Positions 12,301 to 27,047 of a DNA stretch of 64,000 nt are shown here, in pieces. Origin of the DNA: Cenococcum geophilum (Eukaryota); assembly GCA_050273025.1 (NCBI GenBank), contig CP158635.1:18414001-18478000 (forward strand). Direction: 5' to 3'. Below the pieces are notes generated by a model, which saw nothing but the letters and a program-made list of their open reading frames with translations, searched no databases and was not told where the DNA came from. Position 1 is the first letter of the stretch; the number at the start of each line of letters is the position of its first letter. Made by a program: the position numbers and the translations under genes.

Positions 12301-12900
12301 CTTACTTTCGCAGCTACCGTTTCTACCTCGCTGCGCCCTAACGGGATCTCTATTTCGCAGGCCACCCTATTAGTCTGTAAGTCTGTGCAGTCGATGCGGT
12401 ACGGACGGTACGGCGCAGCAGCAGCATTAACCTTTATTAGCTGCGCCGGATCTAGCGAGCTCCGCTCTCGTATATAAGGACTGCGAAAGAGATCTACGTA
12501 CTAAAGGGCGTCTTAATACCGTTTACTTCTTCACGGCTACGTTATAATAACCTTGCTTATGCGCAGTAAATGGCTGGATTTACCCCGCTTTACTACCTAC
12601 GGCTAACTATTCCGTCTTTTTAGGCGTTTCGGCGGTAAGGGAAAGCTACTAGGTCTTCCCCCGATAACTATCACATATTGGGGGGGCTGATTTGGCGCGG
12701 TTACGACCTAGGTTAATACAAGGTTAGGGCTACCCCTGCTGATAACGCGCCCGAACCCCGCACGAGGTCGCGCAGCAACCGCCCCCGAGTACTTTTACAC
12801 GCGATTTTGGGCGAAAAGGTACATAATTTATGTTAAATCGGTACTTCTGGACGGTCGCGTAATGTTATTCTGAATTTACAATACCTAAACGGGCTCTATT

Positions 12901-13150
12901 CCTACATTAAGGCGTCTTAGTTACTATAGTGCAGTCCTATATTAAGACGTCTTAGTTACTAGAGTATTAGTCCTACATTAAGGCGTCTTAGTCGCTGCGG
13001 TGCAGCCCTATATTAAGACGTCTCGGTTACTAGAGTATATAGTCCTACATTGAGGCGTCTTAGTTACTACAGTGTAGTTTTATATCGAGACGTCTTGGTC
13101 ACTAGTAGAGTCCTATATTAAGGCGTCTTAGTTACTGCAGTAGTCCTATA
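12901..13150 (+). repeat. Seven ~33-37-bp tandem units with a palindromic core, downstream of the Crypton ORF
   Basis: Consensus CCTAYATTAAGRCGTCTTAGTTACT plus a variable 8-12-bp tail. Confidence 0.9.
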
Positions 13151-14806
13151 GTAAAATAGTATTATATATATATATATACTACTTAATATAGAGCCTTTCC
13201 CTCCATTTCCCTCCCCTATCTAGTAGTTAGATATTCTTATAAAGCCAATCTAAAAAACGCTGGCCTCGTAGCTGTTCTAGCTAGTTAATAGCCTATCTCT
13301 TATCTCTTGCCGTACCGTCTTCTACGCGCCATCTTATATTCTTAATTATCTTACGGCGACGGCTATAGAATATAGCCTCGCCGTTAACCCGCTAGTGTGC
13401 CCCCTAGCAGCAATTAAGAGCTTTAATTAATGGCCTACCTGCTAGCCCTAAAGTCCACTTAGCCTAGAGCTAAAACACTAAATTACCGCCCTAAAGTATC
13501 TTATATTTCCTTAGCGGCGCCTATAGGTTAAGGATAAATGGGAGAGGTTAAGTGTTAGCTTACGGTAGCTGCGGTAGGGGTATAGTAGAAGCTTACGGTA
13601 GCTGCTGCGGGGGTATAGTAGATGTTATAGTAGACGTTATAGTAGACGGCTAAGCAGGCTCTACGGTAGTAGATAGTTAAGGACCTCTTAGTATCTTTTT
13701 AGGGGTTAGATATACGGGAGAGGGTTTATCTAAAGATAGAATTTAGCCGTTAATATATTTAGGAACGGACGCGGGTATAGGTATAGGTATAGGTATGGAC
13801 ATAGGTATAGGTATAGGGCTGTTTAAAGATGGATGTATGGACTCTGTAGGCCCTATCTAAATACCTGTCTTCCCTTACTAGATTTATATAGGTGTAAATA
13901 ATGCTAATAACCTTTCTATCTCGCTAAGGCGTTCTAAGATCGTCTATATGCGTAATTAAACCCCCTTTATCTCTAAGATTGCGGCCTTATATCTTAGCTT
14001 AGCTACGGCCTTATAGGCGGGCTAGTATTTCCGCATTATTATTTTGTTTAGCGTAACTATACTGGCCAGTAAGCTTTTTACCTGCGCGGTAAACCTCTAG
14101 TACTCCTTATAGCTAAAGAGGGAGTCTTTTTATAGGGGGTAAAGCGGGAACTGCTTACGTAGGATTACTAAGTCCTATAATAGGATTACCCTAAGCGCGT
14201 AGAGAAGGCGTAGAAATCCTAAGCCTGTAAGATTAAGCCATATAACCTTATTATCGGCCTTCTCTAAGTAGTAGGTCTCTATGCGTTTTAGCTAAATATT
14301 AGTCTTAGGCTATATCTTTAAGTAGAGGGCCTCCTCTAGCACCTCTTGCGCGTGGGGGAGAAAGTAGCCCTTTCCTTCCTTTAGGAAGCCGGTAATCGAC
14401 TATATAAACGCGCAAGGTAGATAGCTAAGGTAGGCTCCTATTATTACGTCCATATTCTAGCGTCCGGCCTATCTAATTTAGATCTCCTTAATACTGCTAA
14501 GCTTAATATGCCGGACGCTCTACTTATAGGCGCTATAGGTCTTCTCCTTTAAGTAAATTCCTACCCCCTAGAATATCTTCTTATTTTATTTAAATTATAT
14601 ATAATAGCTTAACGGCTATTGCGGTACTTTAATGCTACTAGGGAAGACGTATAGGTTATAGTAGTTCTCTAGCTGCTAAAAGGATGGGAAGCTCTTAGCG
14701 CCGTTCTTACCCTAGCGGTTAAAGAAGTAGAAGGCTATTATAGAGAGAGGGTAGAGGATAGGGTTAGTATTACGCATATAGCCTATATACTTAACCTTAC
14801 TATATT

Positions 14807-17800
14807 TGTTAGGAATAGGGCAAATTGCCGCCATGTAAGGCAAATTGCCGTCACGTAAGGCAAGTTGCTGTTACGTGTCGCCGCGGCACTACCGTAGCGA
14901 GGAACCTTAAGTTCCTTGACCCTTACCCCTATTTATAAAAATAAGAATAATAACCATTATACTATTTACGAACCGTAGCTATATAATATCCCCTTGTAAG
15001 TCCAACACTAATTAGTGGTTAACTTTATAGTTATGCTATAGAACAGCTAGGTATTTACTAAGAAGAGACAAGCCACTGTACTAGTGCTACTCGTGCTAAA
15101 GGAAGCTATCTTTTGAGGTTAGAACTGGTCCTAAACCTTAAATAGAACTCTTCTATAAATCTAAGGATTTAAAGGCTAGAACTGGTCCTAAGCCTTCCCT
15201 AGATTATAGATTCTTGTGTCTATTATATAGAATAACACGCTTTACAAGTCTTCGCGATTTAAGGCTAGAATTGGTCCTAAGCCCTGTAATTGCAAATATA
15301 CATTACAAACGCGTACTAAATGACAATCCCTATACTACTAATATTCCCTTCCTCTGAAGATATAACTATGGCCACTCTAAACAACTAGAGAGACTCCTTA
15401 TTACTAGGGGTAGCTATATACGCGAAACTTATTAATAAAGATTGGGACGTATTTACCTTTAATATAACAACCTATACCGCAAAATAAGTTAACAGCTTTC
15501 TTCTACACCATATTCTATTCTACTAAGATAGCTATTACGCCGATTTATAGTTATGGGAATACTTTAGGGAGGATTTTGTAGGATGGACCGCCGACACCTA
15601 GGCACTTAGCAATGTTAATATTATTTAGGATTTTTGAGACTCCCTTTAAAGGAATAGGGTGTATATTGCTAAGGACAGTAACCTAATTGCCAGTAATATT
15701 TACGCCGTTCTTATTAGTATAGAAAAACCAGTATAGACGGAAGCTAAGATTATACGTTAACTACGGAAACCTAAAACCAACCTATATTCTTTAGAAGGCA
15801 ACTTTAATTCGGAACGAAACCCCTAGAACGCTATTCTCCTACCTAAAGGTGCTCTACTACTTAGAGGTACTCTTCCTCTACCTTTATTATCTCTAACTCC
15901 TCTATCCTAGCTAACCAATAAGTCTTTATTTTAAGAAGTCACGAATTTAATAAAGGTATATTTAGATAAAGAGAAAAAGTTTAAAGGAGAATTATATAAT
16001 ATGCTTGGAGCAAAACTATAGGTCTTTTATAACTGCTGTAATAAGGTTAGAATTTAACGCTATTAGTTCCATTATACTTTCTCTATTATATTAAAGGGAC
16101 GGGCGGTGATATTCTATTACGACTATATCACAGGTAAAAACTATAGCTTTAATGTAATGCTTTAGCTTATTAGAGCCCACTTTAAAACTAATAAAAACCG
16201 CTAACTTTATATATCTAAATAGCGGGAGACTATATTTTAGAGAGTTATCGCTTTTAACCCAATAATAACTCGCCTAGAGTGCCTTTAACTACTCTTTAAT
16301 AAACTCTAGAAAATCTAACGCGGATTTATTAAAACTTACTAAAACAAGAATAGCCTAAGGGACTAGGTTATCTTAGCATGCTATAGCGTTCCTAAGTATA
16401 ACTTAACGCTATATAAACCTATAGATACGTTTAAAGGAGTATATGCTAAGCTACGCTCCGCTATAGGTACTGCAATATAAACATAAGAATCTTAATAGCT
16501 TTATACTAAAAGCCCTACCTAACTAAGCGTTCCTAACCAATATAATTATAACTAGACTAATTAAATATATGGCGGCCGTGGTAGGGAATATAGTAAAGGG
16601 TATAATTAATATTAACTATAAGGTAATTATAGAGGTCCTTGTGGAGGTTTATTTCAAAATAATTGCTAGAAGAAGTGCTACGTTTATAAGAAGCTAAATT
16701 GCTAGTTAATTAGACACTCCCTTAATAAGTAAAAAGAGGTATATAACAAGTTCCGTTAAAGTGTAAGAAATGTTAGAAATTGTAAGGTTACTGCGGCCTA
16801 CTTTTAAAGCTTCCTGGTTTAATATAAAGGCGTAGAAGACCTTAAGGGTAAGGTTAATAAGACCGAATAGCTCCTTATGGATATAGAAATTGAGGACTAC
16901 TTACCTAATTAATACTTTACTGAGTATGGTAAGGTAAATGGTATATAAACCGTTGCTATTCTTAATGACCAATTTACGCTCCATTTTATTACGAAGTTAG
17001 ATATCTTTAACGAGCTAAAGGAGAGCTCCGCGTTTTCCTTCGACGATAGATACTTGGCGAACGTCTTCTATAGTATTATGCCGGATACTAGAGCCGCAGA
17101 AGTATCTATAGTAGGAAAACCTTAAGTTCGAGCCCTTTAGCAGCTTAATAGCTCTATTTAGATTAATTATTCAACGGCAGGCCAACACACGATTCGTTTT
17201 GGCAAAGGTACTATAATCTCTCTCGGCATAATTAGGGTTTAAACCCCCTTAGGGTATATCACTTTTTACGTTGTTCCTACGAACACTCCGTTTCTATTTT
17301 GCATTAGAGATATAGACAAACTAGGCGTTAAGCTTAATAATCTTAAGAATATACTTATATAGGGAGATAATTGGGTGCCTATTATACGTAAGTGGGGTTA
17401 CCCTTAGCTGCTCCTTTAATAACTAAAAAAGAGTGTTGCTTAAAGCTATTTAACTAAGTTAGAGTTACGCCAACTACACCGTTGTTTTAGTTACTTATTA
17501 GTTTACTAATTACTTAGGGTTCTTTAGTAAGCAGGCCATAAAGTTAAGGTTAAGGCAATTAAGCATTTTATAAAATACTACTACTACTGCTAAATAAACT
17601 AGAGGTCCCCTGGCCGATTTAAGTTCACCCTTAAAGATAACTACGACTTTAACTTCTATATTATTGTTAATGTTATATACCTTAGCGGCAAGCTAGTACT
17701 CTAAGTTGTTAACTTCTTAACCTTTTTTTAAGCCGCATAATTTTTAAAGGATATGTTAGCTAGGAACGTATAGGATACCCTTTAGTTATACTGGATTAAT

Positions 17801-20800
17801 GTCTACCTAGGACCCCCTAATTAAATCGTCTATAATATAGGAAAGAACTTTTTATCTATAGAGTTCCGATAATAAATAAAGGCAATAGTAATTAAGGTTA
17901 AGGAAGTCCCTATTAAGGTATATAATAGTATTAGAAAAGTGGAGCGATATTATACGCTATTACGCCGCGTATATAAGATTATCTCTTTAGAACTAAAGAA
18001 TGCTAGTAAAGAACTTACCTTATAAATGGCTATTAAAGCTATTAATAATTCCGCTAGCCCAGATAGACTTATACCTACATTACTAGTCTTTAGCGCCTAC
18101 CCATAAATGACTAATAATTCTCTACTATCTCCCTCCGTTATATAATAAGCTAAGGCAATTTATAAGGCAATAAAGGAGGTATAACGCCTCTATGCTATAC
18201 GCTAGGTTAATAACGTACTAGGAATAAGAAATGGCCTAAATACCTTAACTACGCTTAATCTGCCACTCTAGTCTAAAGTACATATATGGCGTGAAAGGGG
18301 AGAATAGTTAGGCCTATATTAACTTATTATAATTAATAGTTAAACTTATACTATTTAGATGCCTTACGGACCCACCTAATTCCGTTTAACTGTTATTAAG
18401 CCTTACTATAAAGATAACAATTCTAAGCCTTTATAGGATGCCCTAGAAGATGCCCTAGAAGAGAACTATAATTAATATACTCTAGAAGGCAACTATAATC
18501 CCAATATAATTGTAGTAAATGCGCTATAACTATAACGCGGTAGAGGTCGCCCGAAGGGATTATAAAATCGCTAACACCTTATTAATTTTAAAGAATAATT
18601 TGTTGCCGCCATTAAGAATGAAGTTAAGTTATTAATGGCCTTTATAATAGCTAAAGAGAAGGCTAACTTTAAGCTTATAAAACAGCTCTAAAAGGAAGGT
18701 CGTATTATAACCCTAAGAGCTCCTTTCTAAGTATCTAATAAGCAGGAGATCGACAGTCTTATTATAAGAGGAGTCTTTAAATTTAAGAAGTATGACCCTA
18801 CTAAGTTTAATAGAATTTGCATCTTTAAGTTAAGAATAGTTAATGAGATTAAGGGTAAAGCTATTAACGCCCTATTTAAGAAATTAAGGCTTATTATCTA
18901 AGGTTATAACAATAATAGTAAGGAGGTAATTCTTACGTAATTTCCTACGATATAACGAGCTAGTTAGTAAGTCATTATTGCACTAGCTCCCTCCTTAATA
19001 AAGAACGGAATGGTAGTTTATTTATAAGATATTACTTAGGCCTATACCCAATTAGAGACGCGCCTTTAGCGCTTAATACTAGTATACCTTTTAGAGTAAA
19101 TTTGCCACTAATATCCCAAAGATACGATTATGGTTATACTTAAGCCACTATATAAAATTGCAGAAGTAGGAACTTATTAGTAGGCTACCTATAGTAAGCA
19201 CCATAAAGAGAAGCTTTTAATAACTACTTCTATATTTAATCCCTGCTTTCTCATTATAACTATAGGTGTATAATTACAGCACCTAGTATACGAACGCGTA
19301 AATACGCGTTTATGCACCAACCACCTACGTGCTGACTAATTAGGGGGGAGGCGCATTAGTATATAGACCACGTAGTCTGCTTTATATAATTAACAGTCAC
19401 CATCCAAACAAGCATACGATACTACATGTATTTTATACCCATGGATATAACTTACTTATGCTATTAAGTTAGTACGAACACTGATCAGTAAGCGCGCACA
19501 GATCAGTAATTACTTAATACCTCCCCCCGAGCGATATATACGACAGTAACCACCCGTTTAGACTCCTAGTACAACCTACTAAAAGGTTAGAAGTTGGGGA
19601 TTACGGACTTATCTCCAACTTTATATACTTATTTAAGTCTTAGTACGGTTTACCGGAAGTTATAAACGTAAATATAGACCTATACGGAACCCCTATCCTT
19701 AACCCCCTTAAACCTTAAACCTCTTTGGACCTTTTACGGAAACCTTTTACCCTCCTACAAACCATTACGGACCTATTAATCGATTTTACGGACCATTACA
19801 AGACCTCCCCTACCCGTTACAAGCTGCTACTACTTGCTACGCACTATACTACACTATAGTATGGCAGACATTAGCAAGTAAGTTAGCGAAGGTTAAAAGA
19901 AGTAGAGATAAGGCGTCAACGTTACGTCTACAAACAACGTTAACGACTATATTAGCTTTAAAATCCTTAAATATAGATACTTTAAGCTTATAAATAACGA
20001 CCTATAGGAGCAATATAAGGAAGACTTTGCGAACTTTACGGAAGCTATTTTTAAGGCTTATAACCCTACTGCCATCTATAACCTACAAACCCTTTTACAT
20101 TACTAAGGTGTATAGGTTAAAAGGGACAAACAAGTTACTATTGCACGGTCTCTATACAACACACTATATAAGGAGGACTAAACGGAATAGACTAAAGAAT
20201 AGATCTTAGATTATATTAAAACCAGTAACCTCTTCGCCTCCTTTAAACTTAATAGAATCTCTAGCCTTATAGCTAACCCATTTAACCAAATTTATTCCAC
20301 AAACCTAAGTAGCATTAGAATTAATCTTACTGGCTAAAGTATACCTAATACTTAAGTTACGGACCACAATACCCCCATAACCTAAATTATAGACTATAAT
20401 ACCCCTATAAACCAAAATACGGACTAAATTACCCCTATTATTTAAGTCACAGATCCGTAAGCTATATATCCGTAAGCTACAAATCCGTAAGTTATAGATC
20501 CGCAACCTATTTAAGTAAAGACCTATAGTAAGGAGCTAGCTAACCTAGCTAAGCTCTATACCAACAAATCTAAGTATAGCGGTGAAAACGATAACTTTAA
20601 CTTTAAACTTACTATCTTTACAGACCTCTATTAGAAGGCTGATATTCCTAAATAAAAATTCAGCCAAGCCTACTCCACTATACTACGCAGCCTAGCACTT
20701 AACTACTACTACACTAACCTTAAGAGCAACCCCCTTGGTGTTCCCTTTAATAAGCTATATAAAGCTACGCGCAACTACTTTAAAGGACTAAAATATAAGT

Positions 20801-23800
20801 GTAATATTCTTACCTAATGGAATACAACTAAGCTACGGACCGTAATCGATAAAAACACTAAAAAATCGACTATAAAGTGCCTACAAATTCTTATTAAAGA
20901 CCTTCGGCACCTATAGTACGGCCTTAACACTAAGCTTTAAACAGACGACTTCCTGTATAATAAACTTATTACAGCCTACCAGGAAGTAGAGCCCTATAAG
21001 TACGCCTACTACAAGCCTACAGATACCTTAGCTGGCCTTATTAATAACCTACGCTCCTCTATTATAACGTATAAAGTCTTAAACCCACTAAGCAGCACTT
21101 AAGCCTTTATTGCGGATATTTAATATCCGTAAATAGACTTAGACGTCTACTTTACAGACCGCCGCTACCGCTAGCAGCACCTATACCGACCAAGTCCCAC
21201 CTATAACCCCTATAGCAACCCCCGTACAAAAATATACCCCCGCAGACAAACCAGCTAAAAGTGCTTCGTGTGCGGTAAGGAAGGATATTAGTCTATAAGG
21301 TATACCCGGGAAGAACATAATAAATCTAGGAAGAGACTTAATAGCCGTATTAACTAGTTTATTTTGGAATACGAAGAAAAGGAAGTAAAAGAGCCCCCTA
21401 ATAAGTTAATAGAAGCCCTTATAATTAACTTTAACTTAGACGCTTAGGAATAAGAGACCTTAGAAACATTCCTAACTACTTTCAGACCTTTTACGGACAG
21501 CTAAGCCTTTAATATTACGACCGTATTAGCCGACCGTTCCTTTATACACTCAGTTACGCCCAAAAACCATTCCGTAAGTACCCCTATTACGGACGTTATA
21601 GATTATAAGTAGGACCTATTTATATATATTACTATAGAACGCTATACCCCCAAAGAATTCTACGGTGTTATAATCGACATAGGTGCCTCTAAGAAGTCTA
21701 CCGTAGGCTACGGACAATACCTTATATATAGGACCACCACAAATGACAATACAGACATTAATATTACGCAAACTAGGGCCGTAAACGTCTAATTCGGCAT
21801 CGGCTTAACCGCATTAATTAGATTAGTTAAAGTTAAGACTCTAATTAGCCTAGTTAACTTCCACGTGGTAAAAGCGGATACCCCCTTCCTACTCTATCTT
21901 ATAGATATGGACAGGTTATAGGTGTACTATAATAATGTTACGGACACCCTAATTAGCCCCGCAACTGCCCTAAAAAGCAAGTATATTACCCTACTAATTA
22001 CACAATAATTTGGACACCCGTTCCTTATATAGGGAGAGACTTTACGGACCTATATTTAGGAATCTTTTAACTATAACCTATGCTACCTTACCAGTACGGA
22101 GATCCACCGCCTACACCGCCGTTTTGGCCACCCGTTAGCCAAAAAGCTGTATAGAGTCCTTAAACGCTCTGGATATAACAACGTTAATAAGAAGGTAATT
22201 AACCACCTAACTAAATACTGCTCCTTCTGCCAGAAATACAGACGTTCCCTAGGCCAATTTAAGTTCACCCTTTATAAGGACCTTAACTTTAACCACTTAG
22301 TATACGTAAATATTATATACATTAACGGCAGTCTAGTATTACATATAATCGACAAGGCAACCCGCTATTAAGCCGCCCGTTAGTTGCAAAATATATCTAT
22401 AAAATATACTTGGGATATTTTACGGACCTGTTAAATTAACACATACGTCAGACCTCCGCAGTATATTACCCACAACACTAGTAGGAACTTTATTAGTAAG
22501 GAATTCTAGTAGTATACTACGGCCATGGCTATATTAATAAAAGCTATTTTAGTTAAGGCGTATTAGTCTATTAGGCTTATTAAATAAGCTCACCTAGCCT
22601 TATAGAGAGCTTACTAGATTATTACGGACGAATATAAGGATATTTAAAAGGAACTAGCTCTATAGATGGCCGTAAAAGCCGTTAATAACACTGCTAGCCC
22701 GGACGGACTAGTACCTACCCTCTTAGTTTATGGAGCTTACCTAAGGATAAGCAACCTAGGCCCTTCTGCCCCGTCTATTACGGAATAAGCAGCTATAATA
22801 CGGAAGGCAATAACTAAAATAGTTAAGCTATAGGCTAAGCAAGCTATTAATAACGCCCTATATTACCGCAACGGACCTAATACAACCCTAGTATACGACC
22901 TCCTACTTAACTCTAAAGTCCTTATATAGCATAAAAGCGGCAGTTAGAATGGACCTTATTATCTACTAGCCATAGAAAATAAGACGTGCTACGTATAGCT
23001 TCCTAGTAGGCTAACTAGCTTTAGAAGCACGTCCATAAAACCCTACTTTTGGCCTGAAAACACCTATGACGTCAAACTAGACGAACTAGAAGTACCCATT
23101 AAACTAGACGAACTAAAAGCACCTACTAAATTAAATAAACTAGAAGCACCTTTACCTACCCCAAAAGTCCCCCAGAAACCCACTAAACCTACTAAACCTA
23201 CCGTAAAGCGTGGTTAAGGACACCCCTAAAAGCACCCCGTAACTAAGAACACTATAATAGAAAATTACCTAACCTCCGCAGGAATATCCGCAAGGCAATC
23301 TCCGCCTATAGATATATCAGTTCTAGTACAGGAAACCCCGTTTACGGACTTATAACGTAAAGAGATTAACGGACTACTTAAAAAGGGTGTCTTTGCGGTT
23401 ATAATAGAGAAAGACGTCCCATAAGGCGTCCGTATATTTAACTTACGCTTTATTAACAAGATTAAGCACTCTAGTACTAACAAAGCCTTTAAAAAATTAA
23501 GGCTTGTTATATAAGCTTATAACGATAAGGGAAAGGACTTAGTCCTTACGCAATCGCCTACAATTTAATAAGTTAGCTAATAAATTATACTTGCACTTAC
23601 GCCGGGACTATAGTAAATTAAACCTGTAGCCCTATACTTACGGGATATCTCGCAAGCCTATATGTAGTCCAACACCTACCTAAGTAGGGATATCTTTATA
23701 CGACTACCCCGTAAGCTTAACCTATAACTAGGAACAATTTTATAGGTTATAAAACCTCTTTATGGAGTACCAGAAGCTGGGAACCACTGGTTTAAGACGT

Positions 23801-26800
23801 ACCACTAGTATTACGTCAGTAAGCTTAAAATGGAACAGTCGACCTATGACCCCTACCTCCTATATAGCCCATTAAACGGCCTTAGTATTATTAGACTTTA
23901 AATAGACGATACCCTATTCCTAGCAGACTAGACCTTTACGGATACTAAAGAAACTAAACTATAAAAGGCTAAGTTCTTAGTAAAGCCGTAAGAGTAGTTA
24001 ACTAAGCAGAATCCGATTAAGTTTAATAGAGGCCTAATTATACAAAAGGGCAACCTAATTAAGCTAACTTAGGAACGCCAAGCTTAAAACCTAAAGCTTA
24101 TTATAGCAAAGCCTACGGACCTTACTAGTTCCCGCGGAGAGACCTATAAGACCGTAAATATAAAGGACTAATACGCTGCATAGCGTGCAAGAGGCGCCTA
24201 TATTGCCATAGTCTGCCAACCCGAATCTGCCTATAACTTATCCTTTGCGGCCTAGGTAGTAGATCCGCAAGAAGAAAATATTAAGCAGCTTAATAAGCGC
24301 ATTCAGTGGCAAATTAACAATGCAGCAAGGGGACTTACTTTTATACCACTAGACCTAAATTCCCTTAGCCTACTAGCATTTACGGACGCCTCCTTTGCTA
24401 ATAACAAAGACCTATTATTATAAATTGGCTTTATAATTATACTTACGGACCATAATTAGGACGTAAATATACTATACTAGTCTTTAATTAAGTGCAAACG
24501 AGTAACCCGTAGTGTACTAGCTTTTAAACTATATACACTAGCTTATAGATTTGATATAGCAGCTGCAATTAAATCAACGGTCTAGAAGATTCTATAACTA
24601 GAGCAGTTACCCCTGGTTTTATACACTAATTTAAAGTCCCTTTACAACTACCTAGTTAAACTAGGTATGATACAAAAGAAGAGGCTTATGGTCGACCTAA
24701 TGTGCTTACATTAGGCCTACGAACGACGTGAGATTATGGAGGTTAAATAGATCAGTAGCGGAGACAACTTAGCGGACGCCATAACTAAGGCAAAGCCGTA
24801 TTAAGCCCTTAAAACCCTAATTAATACAAATAAGCTCAACCTAAAAGTTATAGAATGGGTAGAACGGGACTAACGGAGTACCTATGGTATGTCTACGGCC
24901 CGTTGGAAGGCCGTACGACTCGTTATATAGTATAGGTGGAAAATGGTAGAAAGCTACGGTGGAACTTAGTAGACTTACGTAACCTGCCGAATTTTATAGG
25001 GTGGTTAAATTAACCAATTACGATTTTCCATCCCCGGGATAGAAAATCGCCATTGGTTCGCTTAGTACTAGCGCCTTAGTAGCCCTTAAAATCTAACTTA
25101 CGGCTCATCTACTGCCCGTTAAAAGGCCGTATGGTTTATTTTACGGACCGTAAGCAGAACTTACGGCCAGCTTGGGGCACCGTTTGGAAGGTAGCCTAAA
25201 CGGCACCTTAGGGAGATTTCCTATGTATTTTCTTATATGTTTTATGGTTCTATTAAGGCAATTACGGAGGCTGTATATAAGTGGTTTCATTTTCCAAGTA
25301 CCGCTAGTATATAATTATAGCACCTGGTGTACGAACGCGTAAATACGCGTTCGTGCACTAACTACCTACATGCTAACTAATTAGGGGGGAGGCGCATTAG
25401 TATATAGACCACGTAGTCTGCTTTATACAATCGACAGTCACTATCCAAATAAGCATATAATACTATATATATTTCGTGCCCGTAAATACGACTCACTCGT
25501 GCTATTAAGTTAGTATGAACAATAGGAACTCTATTTAGAATTATCGGCATATAAACTAATAATATAATTATCTTAGGAGACGACTAATTCTTAGCTCTTA
25601 AAGAAGATAAGCTAGTAAAGGTAAATCTTATAGTAAAGCTAAAGGAAAAGCTTAGTTTAATAATACTATTACTCTTTAATGGATGCATTCTCTCCCTAAA
25701 TAAGGATTCTATTGCTCTACGCCAGAAGGGTTAAGGCAAGAAGATTAACGTTATTAATGCTAATTCTCTAAAGTAAGGATATGTGGAGTAACGCGCTTAT
25801 AGAGCTTATGTTGTTTCTATCTGTTAACCTAAGGCTTTATTTAATCTCTCTATTGCCGCCTAATACTAGGAACTAACTAAGGATAATATCCTTGCCCTAA
25901 ATAAGCGTCTTTTCTAGCAAATAAACCATCTTAATTGGGGACTACTTTATATGCTTATTAATCTTCCTACCGCTAAGCTCTTTATATTTATTAATGGATT
26001 GTTTATAAATAATAAAGATTTTAGCTCCTAGTTAGGATATAAGATTATTATTATAAACGAATTTACTAGAGAGAATGACTTTATAATTTATAGTAATTTT
26101 ATCTATTAGAGCTTAACTAAGAGTAAGCGCGTTACCTAAAGTGTTTTGGCGTTAGAGATATATAAAATAGTTAGCGGAGTTAATATAGTAATTGTAATTG
26201 GAACTACCCTAAAGATGATTATAGATTAACTTAAACTTTCTGTTATTCCTATGATTGTGTGCACCAACTTATATTCCCTCTATGAGTATTTAGTTAAGCT
26301 CGGTATTATAAAAGAGAAGCGCCTTATAATTGATATTATGGCACTTTGGTAATTCTATAAGCGTTAAGAACTCTTTAAGATTTAATGGATTAATAGCTAA
26401 GATAACCCGGTAGATGCGATAACGAAGGCGAACCTAAATAAGGCACTAAAGACGTTTATTGATACGAATACTCTACGTGTATGAGTTAAAGGTTAGGTTA
26501 AAAGGGAGTCCCCAGAAATTTCTTAATTACGTGAGGTCTTGAGATGTCCAGGAACTTCGACCGGCGGTTAAAGTTGTCTAATTGGTTAGATTCTCTTGCC
26601 AAGACTTTTTAGAGCATAATATTCTGCAGACCCTGACTTAATCTAGCCAATTAGGATTTTCCATCCCTGGGATGGAAAAAAAATCGCCATTGGCTCGCTT
26701 ACTGCTAGCGCCTTAGCGGCCTACCCGTCTTTGCTAACTGCTGTATTGTCGCATAGTGTTTGGTCTTATTGTACACTATCTGGTATTGTTGTATCCTGTC

Positions 26801-27047
26801 TGTTTATATATATATAAATGGCAACCACAAAAAGAAGAGTTGCTAGTGTTGGGAATAGGGCAAATTGCCGCCATGTAAGGCAAATTGCCGTCACGTGAGG
26901 CAAGTTGCTGTCATGTGTTGCCGCGGCACTACCGTAGCGAGGAACCTTAAGTTCCTCGACCCTTACCCCTATTTATGAAAATAAGAATAACAACCATCAT
27001 ACTATCTACAAACCGTAGCTACGTGATATCCCCTTGTGAGTCCAACA
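14807..27047 (+). mobile_element. Ty1/Copia LTR retrotransposon (outer), RIP-mutated
   Basis: 201-bp LTRs at 14807-15007 and 26847-27047 (TG..CA) with a 5-bp TSD ATATT. Remnants occur in the order gag knuckle, protease (IMPDTRAA), integrase (LRQLHRCFSY), RT (LKPLYKIAE), RNase H. Confidence 0.93.
19267..25521 (+). mobile_element. Ty1/Copia LTR retrotransposon (inner, different family), inserted in the RT of the outer Copia
   Basis: 214-bp LTRs at 19267-19480 and 25308-25521 with TSD ATAGG. Motifs: KCFVCGKEG, IIDIGAS, IHRLHRRFGHP, KPLYGVPEAGNHWF, LAFTDASFANN. Confidence 0.93.

Noticed and set aside
11301..12377. Possible outer MITE with ends (CGGAC)TAGGGGTGGC ... GCCACCCTA(TTAGTCTG) around the hAT MITE
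   Set aside because: The inverted match is short and imperfect and no TSD was found, so it is not called.
12901..13150. CRISPR-like appearance (palindromic repeat plus variable spacer)
   Set aside because: The variable parts are only 8-12 bp and related to one another. The context is a eukaryotic transposon and no cas genes are present.
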